Shown piece after piece: positions 1 to 9,396 of a DNA stretch of 41,785 nucleotides; the stretch's first letter is position 1; each line of letters starts with the position of its first letter. Location: the IMG/VR virus record IMGVR_UViG_3300045988_153314; one strand, written 5' to 3'. The stretch is from a virus. A program made the translations under genes and the position numbers. The notes below the pieces were generated by a model, which was not told the DNA's origin, ran no database searches, and saw nothing but the letters and a program-made list of their open reading frames with translations.

Positions 1-141
1 ATCAGAGGGATCGACCCGGTTGCTCCCGGCCTATCTGTTCGGACTGAATCCGGACTTGAAAATAGCGATTGCCTCGTATTCGGACCGATTCGCCCGGAAA
101 TTCAATCGAGAGATTCAGCGGATTATCGACTCCGAAAGATA
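1..141 (+). repeat. Terminal direct repeat, left copy (identical to 41645-41785)
   Basis: Base-for-base identity read directly from the sequence. It lies inside the terL coding frame. Confidence 0.95.
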
Positions 142-1285
142 CTATACGCTTTTCCCCGATACGCAACTCGCCGGTAGTCCGGTAGCCGATGATTCGAGCA
201 GATGGGCGAGAACCGCAGGCGAGTTTGAAATAATAGGCCGCGGAGGAAAGCTTACGGCTGTGGGGCGAAGTGGTGGTCTGACCGGACAGACTGTCGATGT
301 GCTTATTTTGGACGACCTGTACAAAAATGCGGCAGAGGCCAATTCTCCGCTCATTCGTGACGCGGTTTGGGAATGGTATACGTCTGTTGCGGAAACTCGT
401 CTGCACAACGACTCGCAAGAACTGATCGTCTTTACGCGATGGCATGAGGACGACCTGATCGGCCGGATCGAAGCCTCAGAAAAGGTGGTTAACCTGACAT
501 CGCTCAGGCAGCTATCGGGCTGTGATCCCGATGCGTGGCTGAAGGTCGATTTCGAGGCGATCAAAGAGGGGCCACGCACAGACCTCGATCCGCGCGAACT
601 CGGGCAGCCATTATGGCCCGAGCGGCATAGTCTACAATCGTTAGTTCGCCGCCGTGCGCTCGATCCGGTGGGTTTCGACAGTCTGTATCAAGGCCGCCCG
701 GCAACTAAAGAAGGGCTGCTATATGGATCCGAATTTCAGACATACGACGAACTTCCTTCGGCTAACGAGATTATCAAGAAAGCGAATTACACCGATACGG
801 CCGATTTGGGTGACGACTACCTGTGCTCGATCTGCTATGTCGTGAGCCGTGATGGCTTTGCCTATGTGACTGACGTGCTTTTTACGCAGGAGCCTATGGA
901 AGTGACCGAGCCGATAACCGCGCAAATGCTTTTGCGGAACGATACAAGGATAGCTTATATCGAGAGCAACAACGGCGGCCGAGGATTCGCCCGTGCAGTG
1001 GGTAGACTGGCCCCGGCAGTCCGTGTCGAATGGTTTCATCAATCGGGAAATAAGGAGTCAAGGATATTGACTAATTCGGCATCCGTAATAAATCGCATAA
1101 AATTTCCCTCCGAATGGGGAAAAATCTGGCCTTCATTCTATGTTATGGTGACGGCCTACAAGCGACTGTTCCGGGCGAATCGGTTCGACGATGCGGCCGA
1201 TGCCCTGACCGGCATTGTTGAGCGCGAGTTCCATAGAGGGCCGGTCCGCAAAACGAGAGTATCTGTAGGTAGTTTGCCACGATGA
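2..1285 (+). CDS. terL: Terminase large subunit, 3' portion (5' portion is 41457-41785 across the circular junction)
   Basis: The frame is continuous with 41457-41785 through the overlap, giving about 490 aa in total. Walker A-like PPQHGKSE and Walker B-like VLILDD are present. It sits immediately downstream of terS. Confidence 0.85.
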   Translation, partial: SEGSTRLLPAYLFGLNPDLKIAIASYSDRFARKFNREIQRIIDSERYYTLFPDTQLAGSPVADDSSRWARTAGEFEIIGRGGKLTAVGRSGGLTGQTVDVLILDDLYKNAAEANSPLIRDAVWEWYTSVAETRLHNDSQELIVFTRWHEDDLIGRIEASEKVVNLTSLRQLSGCDPDAWLKVDFEAIKEGPRTDLDPRELGQPLWPERHSLQSLVRRRALDPVGFDSLYQGRPATKEGLLYGSEFQTYDELPSANEIIKKANYTDTADLGDDYLCSICYVVSRDGFAYVTDVLFTQEPMEVTEPITAQMLLRNDTRIAYIESNNGGRGFARAVGRLAPAVRVEWFHQSGNKESRILTNSASVINRIKFPSEWGKIWPSFYVMVTAYKRLFRANRFDDAADALTGIVEREFHRGPVRKTRVSVGSLPR

Positions 1286-1827
1286 GAAAGATTACATTAC
1301 GGGAATTTCTGCACATACAGCAGGCGTTGACAGACGAGGTGGAGATGACGGCCGAGAATTTCCCGAAGCCGTCCCGCCTATGCGGCCGTCAAGTGCCGAA
1401 CAATCTCGACAGCCTGATGTTCGAGCAGCTCTGTCGTTTACAAACCATACGAAACGTACATGCCTTGTTACTCATTCCGCCTGAAATCATCCTCGGGCTT
1501 CCTGCTGCGAAAATCATGAGGACATCGGCGCGCGACGCAATAGGTTTTGCTCTTTGGGTCGGGACCGAAATAGAGCGCATCAACAAGCTTTTCCAAAGCA
1601 CGATTGTAAATCCGACAAAAGAAGAGATCGCCGCCGGTATCGAAAGGCTGCGTTTCGGTCCGTTCGGGATGGTCGATTGGTTCGCCCAGCGCATGCACAT
1701 AGCCGATCACGATCAGGTCATGGCTTTGCCTTGGCTTCGCCTGTACGAATGTGCTCGTATCGATGCACGTCGAGCTGAGTACGAACGCCGGTTACGAGAT
1801 ATTTACCAGCAAAAGAACAAGCTATGA
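1282..1827 (+). CDS. Hypothetical protein (181 aa)
   Basis: Long ORF whose start overlaps the terL stop (ATGA). No motif recognised. Confidence 0.6.
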   Translation: MRKITLREFLHIQQALTDEVEMTAENFPKPSRLCGRQVPNNLDSLMFEQLCRLQTIRNVHALLLIPPEIILGLPAAKIMRTSARDAIGFALWVGTEIERINKLFQSTIVNPTKEEIAAGIERLRFGPFGMVDWFAQRMHIADHDQVMALPWLRLYECARIDARRAEYERRLRDIYQQKNKL

Positions 1828-2285
1828 AAAAGAGCGTCGAAGAAAAGATCAGGGAAATCATCGAAGCAATGGGCATCGCGTATCTGTTCGAGTCGTGGCA
1901 CGGCGCGAATGTCGAGCTTGATCGAAAAAAGCGGACGCGGGTGTTATCCTACCCTGTTTGCATCAACGTACTGCCGCAGCGCGGTACGATTTACTGGAAC
2001 AACAATGGCCAGATTGTCGATGCTCCGAACTGCGTGCTCGCGTTCGGTGATGAAATTCGGCTTGATGCTCCGGCCGACGAAGTGCAGCAAGTCGTCGAAC
2101 GTATGAAGCAATTGGCGATGCAATTTGTCGTGCGTGTGAACGGTAGCGGGCTATTCGAGCCGGTTAGTGGCCCGATAATCTATACCTGTATGTTCGACAA
2201 ATTGGATCGGAACCTCGCGCTAGTTACGGTCGAATTGGTATTGCGAGAAATTATGGGTGTTTGCGCGCGTAATTTGACGGAGTAA
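1824..2285 (+). CDS. Hypothetical protein (153 aa)
   Basis: ORF translationally coupled to its neighbours by start/stop overlap. No motif recognised. Confidence 0.6.
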   Translation: MKKSVEEKIREIIEAMGIAYLFESWHGANVELDRKKRTRVLSYPVCINVLPQRGTIYWNNNGQIVDAPNCVLAFGDEIRLDAPADEVQQVVERMKQLAMQFVVRVNGSGLFEPVSGPIIYTCMFDKLDRNLALVTVELVLREIMGVCARNLTE

Positions 2286-2752
2286 TGGAAGCGCTTAGAT
2301 ATCAGGGAGCAGAGGTAGTTGCAGAGGAACTCGAAGCGCTACGTCAACGTATTATTGCCAACATGGACGCAGCCGGTCAGCGCGCAAGTGGAGCAACGGC
2401 CAATAGCCTGACACCTGAAGTGACGGAAGGGTCGGTCGGAATCACTGGTATTTTGTGGGGGCGCTCGTTCTTTTCCACGCTTGAAAAGGGATCGCGTCCT
2501 TGGAAAAGGCAGTACATTCGGCCGCCGAAGTTTTTCATCGATCTGATGGCCGAATGGGCTGCGAGAAAGGGTATCTCCGCGCCGGCCGGAGGTATTGCGT
2601 ACAACATTATGACGAAAGGCTCGAAGCTATATCGCACCGGTGGCCGGACAGATATTTATTCAAACGAAATTCCTGCGACGATTGATCGGATTGCCAGTCG
2701 TCTCGCCGGTATCTTTGACGTGGCGATAGACGAATCTATAACCAAAAAATAG
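2285..2752 (+). CDS. Hypothetical virion-associated protein (possibly neck or tail-completion, HK97 gp10-like)
   Basis: Position in the structural block. Weak resemblance to gp10-like proteins (..LEKGSRPW..). The function call is tentative. Confidence 0.4.
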   Translation: MEALRYQGAEVVAEELEALRQRIIANMDAAGQRASGATANSLTPEVTEGSVGITGILWGRSFFSTLEKGSRPWKRQYIRPPKFFIDLMAEWAARKGISAPAGGIAYNIMTKGSKLYRTGGRTDIYSNEIPATIDRIASRLAGIFDVAIDESITKK

Positions 2753-2760
2753 AATAGAGC

Positions 2761-3846
2761 ATGAGAATATGGGATGCGGGCTTAGGTTTTTCGATCACCT
2801 ACCCTAACTCGGTACATTTCGCCTTCACGCCGGCGATTATCAGCGTTTCGGGTCGAATCAAATCGGCCTCTGTCGAGATTACCTGCGACTCGACGGGTCA
2901 GAGTTACACAGAGAACCGCAAGGCATCACCTGCTGGCGGAGTCGTGTTCGATATCCAGCGTTATTTGCAGATGATTCTCGAAGGCATCAGGCATTCGGTT
3001 GTCGATTATTCTGTTCGATTTTCAGACAGTCCTATCGTCCGAAAAATTCATGTAAAAGTCACGGTAAGCGTAACGACGTTCGAGTTCGATATGGATTGCG
3101 TGTGGGGCGCTCTCGATGCCGGCGAGCGGTGCGGGGGCCCGTATATCCGTACATGGTTCGTAAACTACCCTTTCACGTTCAATGTGATTTCCAAACCAAG
3201 CAACTTTTTCGATGTCAAGTGTGACGACGGGCCGGTCAGTTCGCTCGCCTTCGGGTTGACGACGACCGACGAGGACGATTATCATCATTACATAGTCAAT
3301 CCGGCCCGCGTTTTCGATACTTTCTTGGCAAACCGCCGTCTATACATTGCCATTCCGAATGCCTTGCAGATTCGCAATGACGTGGAACGGGTCGGCGTAA
3401 CGTCATACGATTTGCGAATAAGCCGCGATTGTTCGGGCGTGTATCTGCGGTGGATCGACCGGCAAGGGCAGTACGAATACTACCTATTCCAACGGACAGC
3501 TCACGAATACGCCATAAGTAAAGACGAGTCATTTTCACGTAATGAAATGAGCAACCCCGCTCAATACGTTGACGGGGTGAATATCGGGACATCGACACGC
3601 CAGATTCTACGACAGGCCGAAACGCTCACGATAGTAGCTCCATTGATCGACGATCCGACATACGACTATCTGTCTGATCTGGCACAGTCGCCGGTGGTCG
3701 ATCTGTTCACCGGTTACGACGATGAAGGGGTGCCGATGTGGCGGAGAGTGAATGTGGCTACGGGATCGCGGACGCGAAGCAACGACCTGCTGCAAGATTT
3801 CAATGTATCGATTACCCTGCCCGAGAAAAACGCGCAAATCTTGTGA
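2761..3846 (+). CDS. Hypothetical structural protein (361 aa)
   Basis: Long ORF in the structural block upstream of the tape-measure-like gene. No motif recognised. Confidence 0.55.
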   Translation: MRIWDAGLGFSITYPNSVHFAFTPAIISVSGRIKSASVEITCDSTGQSYTENRKASPAGGVVFDIQRYLQMILEGIRHSVVDYSVRFSDSPIVRKIHVKVTVSVTTFEFDMDCVWGALDAGERCGGPYIRTWFVNYPFTFNVISKPSNFFDVKCDDGPVSSLAFGLTTTDEDDYHHYIVNPARVFDTFLANRRLYIAIPNALQIRNDVERVGVTSYDLRISRDCSGVYLRWIDRQGQYEYYLFQRTAHEYAISKDESFSRNEMSNPAQYVDGVNIGTSTRQILRQAETLTIVAPLIDDPTYDYLSDLAQSPVVDLFTGYDDEGVPMWRRVNVATGSRTRSNDLLQDFNVSITLPEKNAQIL

Positions 3847-3849
3847 GGC

Positions 3850-5691
3850 ATGAAGGAAGAACTATACATAGATGATCAGATCGTAGACCTGTATCCGGAC
3901 AAACCGATCACGCTGAACTTCAAGTCGAATATTCTACATGACATCAGCAAAATCACGGCGTCGAACAGCTATACGATTCAGTTGCCTAAAACGACTCGTA
4001 ATCGTTGCGTATTGGATAATCCGACGGCTCCGGCCTACGACAGCCGTTTCCGCTATCGGACTCATGCCGCGCGGTATCTGCGCAATGGAATGATTATAAT
4101 CGACAGCGCGACAGCTATCGTAATGGAGAGTTCCGAAAGTTACGAGATCGCTCTGACGTGGGGCGTATTGCAGGCTTTGAAGACATGGGTATCCGATGCT
4201 CCTAAATTATCCGATTTGCCGGATGAAGGTACGACGCTCGCGTGGGACGAGAATACGGTGCCGGATTCTTATCCGCCTGCGGCTGGCGCTTTCTTCGCCG
4301 ATTATAATACAGGAGTCCCCATGCTTTCGGAAGCCAAGAAGTTCGGCAATATTCATCCGTCAGTTCGGGTCGCTTGGATTCTGGAGCAGATCGAACAAGC
4401 CAACGGGTTTACGCTCGATATTCCGTCGCCGCAAAAAGAAGCGATTGAAAAACTGGCGATCCCATTGTTTGAAACCAACGGTAACATCACAAGTTGGAAT
4501 GCGCAAGGCTACAAATCTTCCGACAGCTATTCGGGAAGGGCTACCGGGGTTTCCGGAGATACATGGTATGCGATTCTCCCGACAACATACACACAAAGCT
4601 CGCAGATTTGGACCGATCCCTATTTCGACACAGGGGGCAGCAGTCGAGTCCGGATTTACGTGTCAGGACAGATGCTGAAAAAATCGGCGATAGATACGCA
4701 TTGGGACAATCCGTCGGTCAGGTTGTACGAAGGATCGACGTGGGACGAAGTCGTCGGCGCTGCGGTTCCCGATTACAAATGGGATGCTGAACCTATTTCC
4801 GGTCATCCCGATCAAGGGTATACTATATTATTCGATCAAGTGGTTACCCTGAAAAAAGGCACGTCCTTCTGGCTGATCTCGACCAGTGACTGGCGACTGA
4901 CCGATGCGGCGGTATACGTGAGTCCTTACGACGTAGACCTGCATTACCCGACGGCATATCCAATCGTTCCAAATCTTCCGAATATTAAGCAGATCGATTT
5001 CATCAAGGCATTATGCGCGATGTTCGGGCTTTTTGCCATGCCTTCGGGCACGCCGAACACGATCCGTTTGGTATCGCCGGATGTGCTATTGTCGAACATA
5101 GGCAGTGCGATTGATTGGTCGAACAAATTGATTGATGCTGGAGATCACGAGCCGAAGTCAACAGCTTTCACGTTCGGGGATTTCGCACAAAGGAATAATT
5201 TGAAATATAAGGAGGATGATACGGTAAAGATTGATGCGGACGGAGTTCTTGCCGTGGACGACGAGAGCCTTGATCCGGAGGAAGACCTTATCGCACTTCC
5301 GTTTGCAGCCTCGTCTGGAAATATCATCGCGCACTACAAGTGGAAGGACTCGACGAGCGGTGAAGGGTTAGAGCTCGAAGAAGTGAAGGTCGAGCCCCGC
5401 ATCATGAATCTGACGAACGTGTCGGGTAAATGCGCGCTTTCGTTCGATGGGTTGAAATTCAGTGAATTGATAGCAGATTATTATGTCAACTATCAGGCGT
5501 TAATAAATCAGCCCGTCGTTATTAAAGAACGTTTTACCTTGACCGAATATGATCTTCAGACGCTTGATTACACTGTCCCCGTCTATTTGCGGCAATACGG
5601 CCGGTATTACGGTATTGTCACGATACAGACGAGCTCCGCGCATATTTGCGAGGTGCAACTATTGCAGTTATCGGAATCGGCAAATCAGTAA
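3850..5691 (+). CDS. Putative tail or baseplate protein (613 aa)
   Basis: Large ORF directly upstream of the tape-measure-like gene. Beta-rich composition. Function is inferred from position only. Confidence 0.5.
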   Translation: MKEELYIDDQIVDLYPDKPITLNFKSNILHDISKITASNSYTIQLPKTTRNRCVLDNPTAPAYDSRFRYRTHAARYLRNGMIIIDSATAIVMESSESYEIALTWGVLQALKTWVSDAPKLSDLPDEGTTLAWDENTVPDSYPPAAGAFFADYNTGVPMLSEAKKFGNIHPSVRVAWILEQIEQANGFTLDIPSPQKEAIEKLAIPLFETNGNITSWNAQGYKSSDSYSGRATGVSGDTWYAILPTTYTQSSQIWTDPYFDTGGSSRVRIYVSGQMLKKSAIDTHWDNPSVRLYEGSTWDEVVGAAVPDYKWDAEPISGHPDQGYTILFDQVVTLKKGTSFWLISTSDWRLTDAAVYVSPYDVDLHYPTAYPIVPNLPNIKQIDFIKALCAMFGLFAMPSGTPNTIRLVSPDVLLSNIGSAIDWSNKLIDAGDHEPKSTAFTFGDFAQRNNLKYKEDDTVKIDADGVLAVDDESLDPEEDLIALPFAASSGNIIAHYKWKDSTSGEGLELEEVKVEPRIMNLTNVSGKCALSFDGLKFSELIADYYVNYQALINQPVVIKERFTLTEYDLQTLDYTVPVYLRQYGRYYGIVTIQTSSAHICEVQLLQLSESANQ

Positions 5692-5702
5692 ATATCATAG
5701 AT

Positions 5703-8300
5703 ATGGCGAATTCAGACACGAAAGAGAAGATACTCGAAATTCAGGTGAATTACGATAAGGCAATACAAGGGTTGTCCGAGTATATGGGCAAACTTGAGGA
5801 AGTCAATGCAGAAGAAAAGAAGCTGCGTGAAACTATCAAAGAAAGCGGAAAATCTACCGATGAACAACGGAAGCGGCTTGCCGCAATAAAGGCTGCACAA
5901 GATGAGTACAAGAGCGCGATTCGCGATCTAAACAAAGAGGTTCAGAACAATATCAAGCATGAAAAGGAGCAAGATGGATCATTGCGTTCCTTACGCGCTC
6001 AATTATCGAATGCGACGAAAGACTTCGATAGTCTTAGCAAGGCCGAAAGAGAAGGAGCGAAGGGTAAAGCGCTTGCCAAACATATTAACGAGTTGACCGA
6101 TGAGCTCAAAGAGGCAGAGGCCGAAACACAGCGCTTCTACCGCAATGTCGGTAATTATGAAGAGTCTATCAAGAAAGCCATTGCTGCGAATGTTCCGTTT
6201 ATTGGACAAATTCAAAGTATGATAGATGTATCGGGTGGTGCAAGTAAGGCTATCAAATCTTTGGGATCGGCCGTCGTGAATTTGAGTAAAACGCTGCTTA
6301 CGCTGTTGGCCAATCCTGTATTTGCCGTATTGGCCGGCCTTGCGGCGATCATAATGGCAATCAAAACAGCTATCAATTCGAGCGAGGAGGCGACGAATAG
6401 GTGGAATGTCGTTCTCGCTCCTCTCGGACGCGCTATGGATTTCTTGATGAACCTCTTGCAAAAAGCGGTGGGTTACTTGTTGTCTTTCGTCGAAGCCGGA
6501 ATGAAAATGTATGATTGGGCTATGAAATTGGCCGAAAAACTGCCTATTGTGGGCGATAAGATTAAAGAAATCAACAAAGCGAACGAGGAAGCGATACAGC
6601 TTGCCAAAGAAAAGGCCGATATCGAGAAACAAGCACGCGAGAATGAAGTCCTCAATGCCAAAGACGCATTAAGAGTGGCCGAGCTCAGAAAAGAAGCCAA
6701 GGATCGCGAAAATGCTACTGCAGAGGAAAGGCTGGCGGCTATAAAAGAGGCGAATAAATTGGAAGAACAAGCTGCAAAACGTAATGTAGAATTGGCCGAG
6801 CGCCGTTATAACGCTCTGAAACTCGAATCGGAGAGGGCGGAAAATAACGCCGAGACAAACGCTGAGCTCGCAAGGCTCGAAGCGGATATGTACAATGCTC
6901 GGAGAGAGTATTTTTCAAAGACAATGGAACTGTTGGAGCAGGAAAATACGGTTCGAGGAGAAATTGCCGCTAAAGCGAAGGAGGCTGCTGCTGATATGCA
7001 AGCGCGAAAGCAGAAAGAACTCGAAGCCGTCCGAGCTGCACAGGATGCGATCTTCGCGCTGATAACTTCGGAATCGGAACGGCAGTTGACTCAAACTGAG
7101 GCGACTTATAATCGACAGATCGAGGACCTGAAGAAGCGGCTTGAAACGGAAAAGGACTTGACTATTGCCGCAAAAAGAGCGATTAACTCCCAAATCAACG
7201 CACTTGAGGACAAAAAGGAAATCGACCTCGCGCAGATTCGCCAGCAAGCCAACAAGGACGAAATTCAGAAAGAGGCTGACAAGCAAGCGAAGCTGATCGA
7301 GCTACGCCTATCCGCGCTTAAGGAGGGCAGCGATGAAGAATTAGCGCTCAGAATTCAGCAGTTGGAGTTGCAGAAGGCCGAGGAGATACGTGCGGCGGAA
7401 GAGTTGGGTATTGCCCGGGTCGAGGTTGAGGCTAAGTACAATAAGTTGATCGAGGATGAGCGGGCGAAGACGGCTGAGAATCTTCGCAATAAGGCGGCCG
7501 AAGAATTGGCGCTCGAATGGCAGAATAAGATCAACGAAGCTGCCTTGCAGCATGAAGATACATTACAGTTAGAGGTAGAGTATCGGCGGTCTGAGTTGGA
7601 AGCATTGCATCAAATGGAGGGCGAATCGGACGCGGAATTTAAAGCCCGACAGTTGGAGGCTGAGCGGAATTATACGGATGCGAAGGAGGCTATTGCTGCG
7701 AAAGAAATCGAGATTGAGCAGGCTAAGTATGAGGCTGCCGCTACTATTGCCGGTTCTTTATCAGACGTATTCTCTCAATTAGGCGAAGACAATAAAGCAA
7801 TGGCCGCATTATCTAAAGTGTTGGCTCTTGCTGAAATTGCGATTAACACTGGTAAAGCTATATCCGAAATGGTGGCCGCTGAGTCGAGCAAAGGATTGTT
7901 AGGCATACTTACTACCGCGGCGGGGGTAGCGAGAATACTCGCTATGATGGCTCAGGCGACGAGTGTTGTCAAGTCTGCCAAATTCGCTGAAGGTGGTTTG
8001 GTTACCGGTCCCGGTTCCGGAACGTCTGATAGTATTCCTGCGCGTTTGTCGAACGGAGAGTCGGTTATGACTTCACGGGCGACAGAAATGTTCGCACCCG
8101 TCCTTTCCGCTTTCAATCAGATCGGGGGCGGAGTGCCGATCTCCGTACAGCAGTCGAGCAGCGTGATCGAGGGCGAGGAAATGCTGGCGAGAGCTGTCGC
8201 AAAAGGAGTGGCCGCCCTACCCCGGCCGGTCGTGTCCGTCGAGGAGATCACGACAACGGCAAATCGGGTCGCTGTACTTGAAAAACTGGGCGACGCATGA
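5703..8300 (+). CDS. Tape-measure-like protein
   Basis: Long E/K/A-rich coiled-coil region and hydrophobic segments (LLANPVFAVLAGLAAIIMAI). The C-terminal ..GGLVTGPGSGTSDSIPARLSNGESVMT.. string is typical of tape measure proteins. Start placed at the ATG after the upstream stop; the ORF track starts at 5646. Confidence 0.7.
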   Translation: MANSDTKEKILEIQVNYDKAIQGLSEYMGKLEEVNAEEKKLRETIKESGKSTDEQRKRLAAIKAAQDEYKSAIRDLNKEVQNNIKHEKEQDGSLRSLRAQLSNATKDFDSLSKAEREGAKGKALAKHINELTDELKEAEAETQRFYRNVGNYEESIKKAIAANVPFIGQIQSMIDVSGGASKAIKSLGSAVVNLSKTLLTLLANPVFAVLAGLAAIIMAIKTAINSSEEATNRWNVVLAPLGRAMDFLMNLLQKAVGYLLSFVEAGMKMYDWAMKLAEKLPIVGDKIKEINKANEEAIQLAKEKADIEKQARENEVLNAKDALRVAELRKEAKDRENATAEERLAAIKEANKLEEQAAKRNVELAERRYNALKLESERAENNAETNAELARLEADMYNARREYFSKTMELLEQENTVRGEIAAKAKEAAADMQARKQKELEAVRAAQDAIFALITSESERQLTQTEATYNRQIEDLKKRLETEKDLTIAAKRAINSQINALEDKKEIDLAQIRQQANKDEIQKEADKQAKLIELRLSALKEGSDEELALRIQQLELQKAEEIRAAEELGIARVEVEAKYNKLIEDERAKTAENLRNKAAEELALEWQNKINEAALQHEDTLQLEVEYRRSELEALHQMEGESDAEFKARQLEAERNYTDAKEAIAAKEIEIEQAKYEAAATIAGSLSDVFSQLGEDNKAMAALSKVLALAEIAINTGKAISEMVAAESSKGLLGILTTAAGVARILAMMAQATSVVKSAKFAEGGLVTGPGSGTSDSIPARLSNGESVMTSRATEMFAPVLSAFNQIGGGVPISVQQSSSVIEGEEMLARAVAKGVAALPRPVVSVEEITTTANRVAVLEKLGDA

Positions 8301-8530
8301 TAGTATATGAATCTTTGAAAAACAACCGCGACCTGTTGATACGGTTGGCTCGGGCTGGAATAGCCGTCGAGGATGTGAAACATTTGGAACTGTACGAGGA
8401 TTTCGTGAGGCTCAGGGCTGATGGACTGAAAACTACTTACGTCGTGGCCCATCTCTGCGATCAGTACGAGGTGAGCGAGGCGACCGTGTGGCGGATCATC
8501 CGGAAATTCCAGCGGGTTTTGGTGCAATAA
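8297..8530 (+). CDS. Small HTH protein (Mor-like transcription activator candidate)
   Basis: 77 aa with a C-terminal HTH-like YEVSEATVWRIIRKF. Its start overlaps the tape-measure stop. Confidence 0.45.
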   Translation: MIVYESLKNNRDLLIRLARAGIAVEDVKHLELYEDFVRLRADGLKTTYVVAHLCDQYEVSEATVWRIIRKFQRVLVQ

Positions 8531-8534
8531 AAAA

Positions 8535-8553
8535 CCCCCTCGAAACGAGGGGG
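8535..8553. terminator. Bidirectional stem-loop terminator between convergent genes
   Basis: CCCCCTCG-AAA-CGAGGGGG perfect 8-bp stem. It is preceded by A5, which becomes a T-tract for the - strand hicAB transcript. Confidence 0.6.
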
Positions 8554-8572
8554 CATCCGTTTGGAAGATAAT

Positions 8573-8594
8573 TTGTGATAATTAAACAAACCGA
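8573..8594. repeat. Inverted repeat, left arm, flanking the hicAB cassette
   Basis: TTGTGATAATTAAACAAACCGA matches the reverse complement of 9216-9236, with one 1-nt indel. Confidence 0.85.
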
Positions 8595-8986
8595 ACGGAT
8601 TCTATTTCTTTTGCGAACGTTTTGATTTTTTCCTCGATTTTCCGTGCCGTCCTTTCGCTGGGCTTTCGGAATCCGCTGATATAATGTCCGAGTTGTTTTT
8701 GATTGACACCTGTAATTCGCTCCAATCCGGCTAACGTAAAGGCATAGGCGTAGTATTGAAGAAACGACGGGATATCGTATTTGAACTCAAAATCCAATGC
8801 CGGACACGTTTTACCTTCGGCCTGATACATAGCCCGCATTTCTTCATATGAGTTATAGAAATCGGCTATTGTTTCCGCTACGGTTTTACCTTGTCCCAGC
8901 AATCCGAAGGGAATATCCTTGATATACTCCATATTTGCATCGAAAGTGCCGTCGGCCCCCCGCTCGATGATTACTTGTGCTTTCAT
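8582..8986 (-). CDS. hicB: HicB-family antitoxin with C-terminal XRE-type HTH
   Basis: N-terminal HicB-like fold signature (MKAQVIIERGADGTF..) plus the HTH ..GVNQKQLGHYISGFRKPSERTARKIEE... Lies immediately downstream of hicA. Confidence 0.7.
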   Translation of the reverse strand: MKAQVIIERGADGTFDANMEYIKDIPFGLLGQGKTVAETIADFYNSYEEMRAMYQAEGKTCPALDFEFKYDIPSFLQYYAYAFTLAGLERITGVNQKQLGHYISGFRKPSERTARKIEEKIKTFAKEIESVRFV

Positions 8987-9022
8987 AGTTATAGTTTTAA
9001 ATGTTGTCGGCAGTTGCCGGGG

Positions 9023-9211
9023 TCAGAACTCGACCCCGGACTGCTCACTGATACTTTTTAATGTCTTGTCTTTCGCTTCTTCGCTTTTGTGTCGAGGAAT
9101 CTGAAATCGACGTTTTGTAATCGGGCTGTACCACCAATCGTGATTTTTTCCGTGACTTAGGAAGTAGCAGCCTGCTTTCCTTAATTTCTTCTCAATTTCT
9201 GAATACTTCAT
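9023..9211 (-). CDS. hicA: HicA-family mRNA interferase toxin
   Basis: 62 aa. ..EIEKKLRKAGCYFLSHGKNHDWWYSP..RFQIPRH.. matches the HicA/YcfA pattern (G-x-H-x..P.H). Confidence 0.75.
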   Translation of the reverse strand: MKYSEIEKKLRKAGCYFLSHGKNHDWWYSPITKRRFQIPRHKSEEAKDKTLKSISEQSGVEF

Positions 9212-9215
9212 CTTA

Positions 9216-9236
9216 TCGGTTGTTTAATTATCACAA
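9216..9236. repeat. Inverted repeat, right arm, flanking the hicAB cassette
   Basis: TCGGTTGTTTAATTATCACAA. Its reverse complement is TTGTGATAATTAAACAACCGA. Confidence 0.85.
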
Positions 9237-9396
9237 CACAAAGATAGTATTTTTACTATCATTATCCAAATTTTTCTTTAAAATTTTTCGCAAAATCGTG
9301 CATGGACATATTACTGTCACAGACTGACAGTCGAATTATACCATTTTGAGGGGAAAAAACGAGGCTTTGTTCTATGTTATGCCAAAAGTAGATTTT

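Noticed and set aside
1-141. The 141-bp repeat as a biological direct terminal repeat or an integration duplication
   Set aside because: It lies wholly inside the terL coding frame, and joining the ends restores a single intact terL. An assembly overlap of a circular or circularly permuted genome is the simpler reading, although a physical terminal redundancy cannot be excluded from sequence alone.
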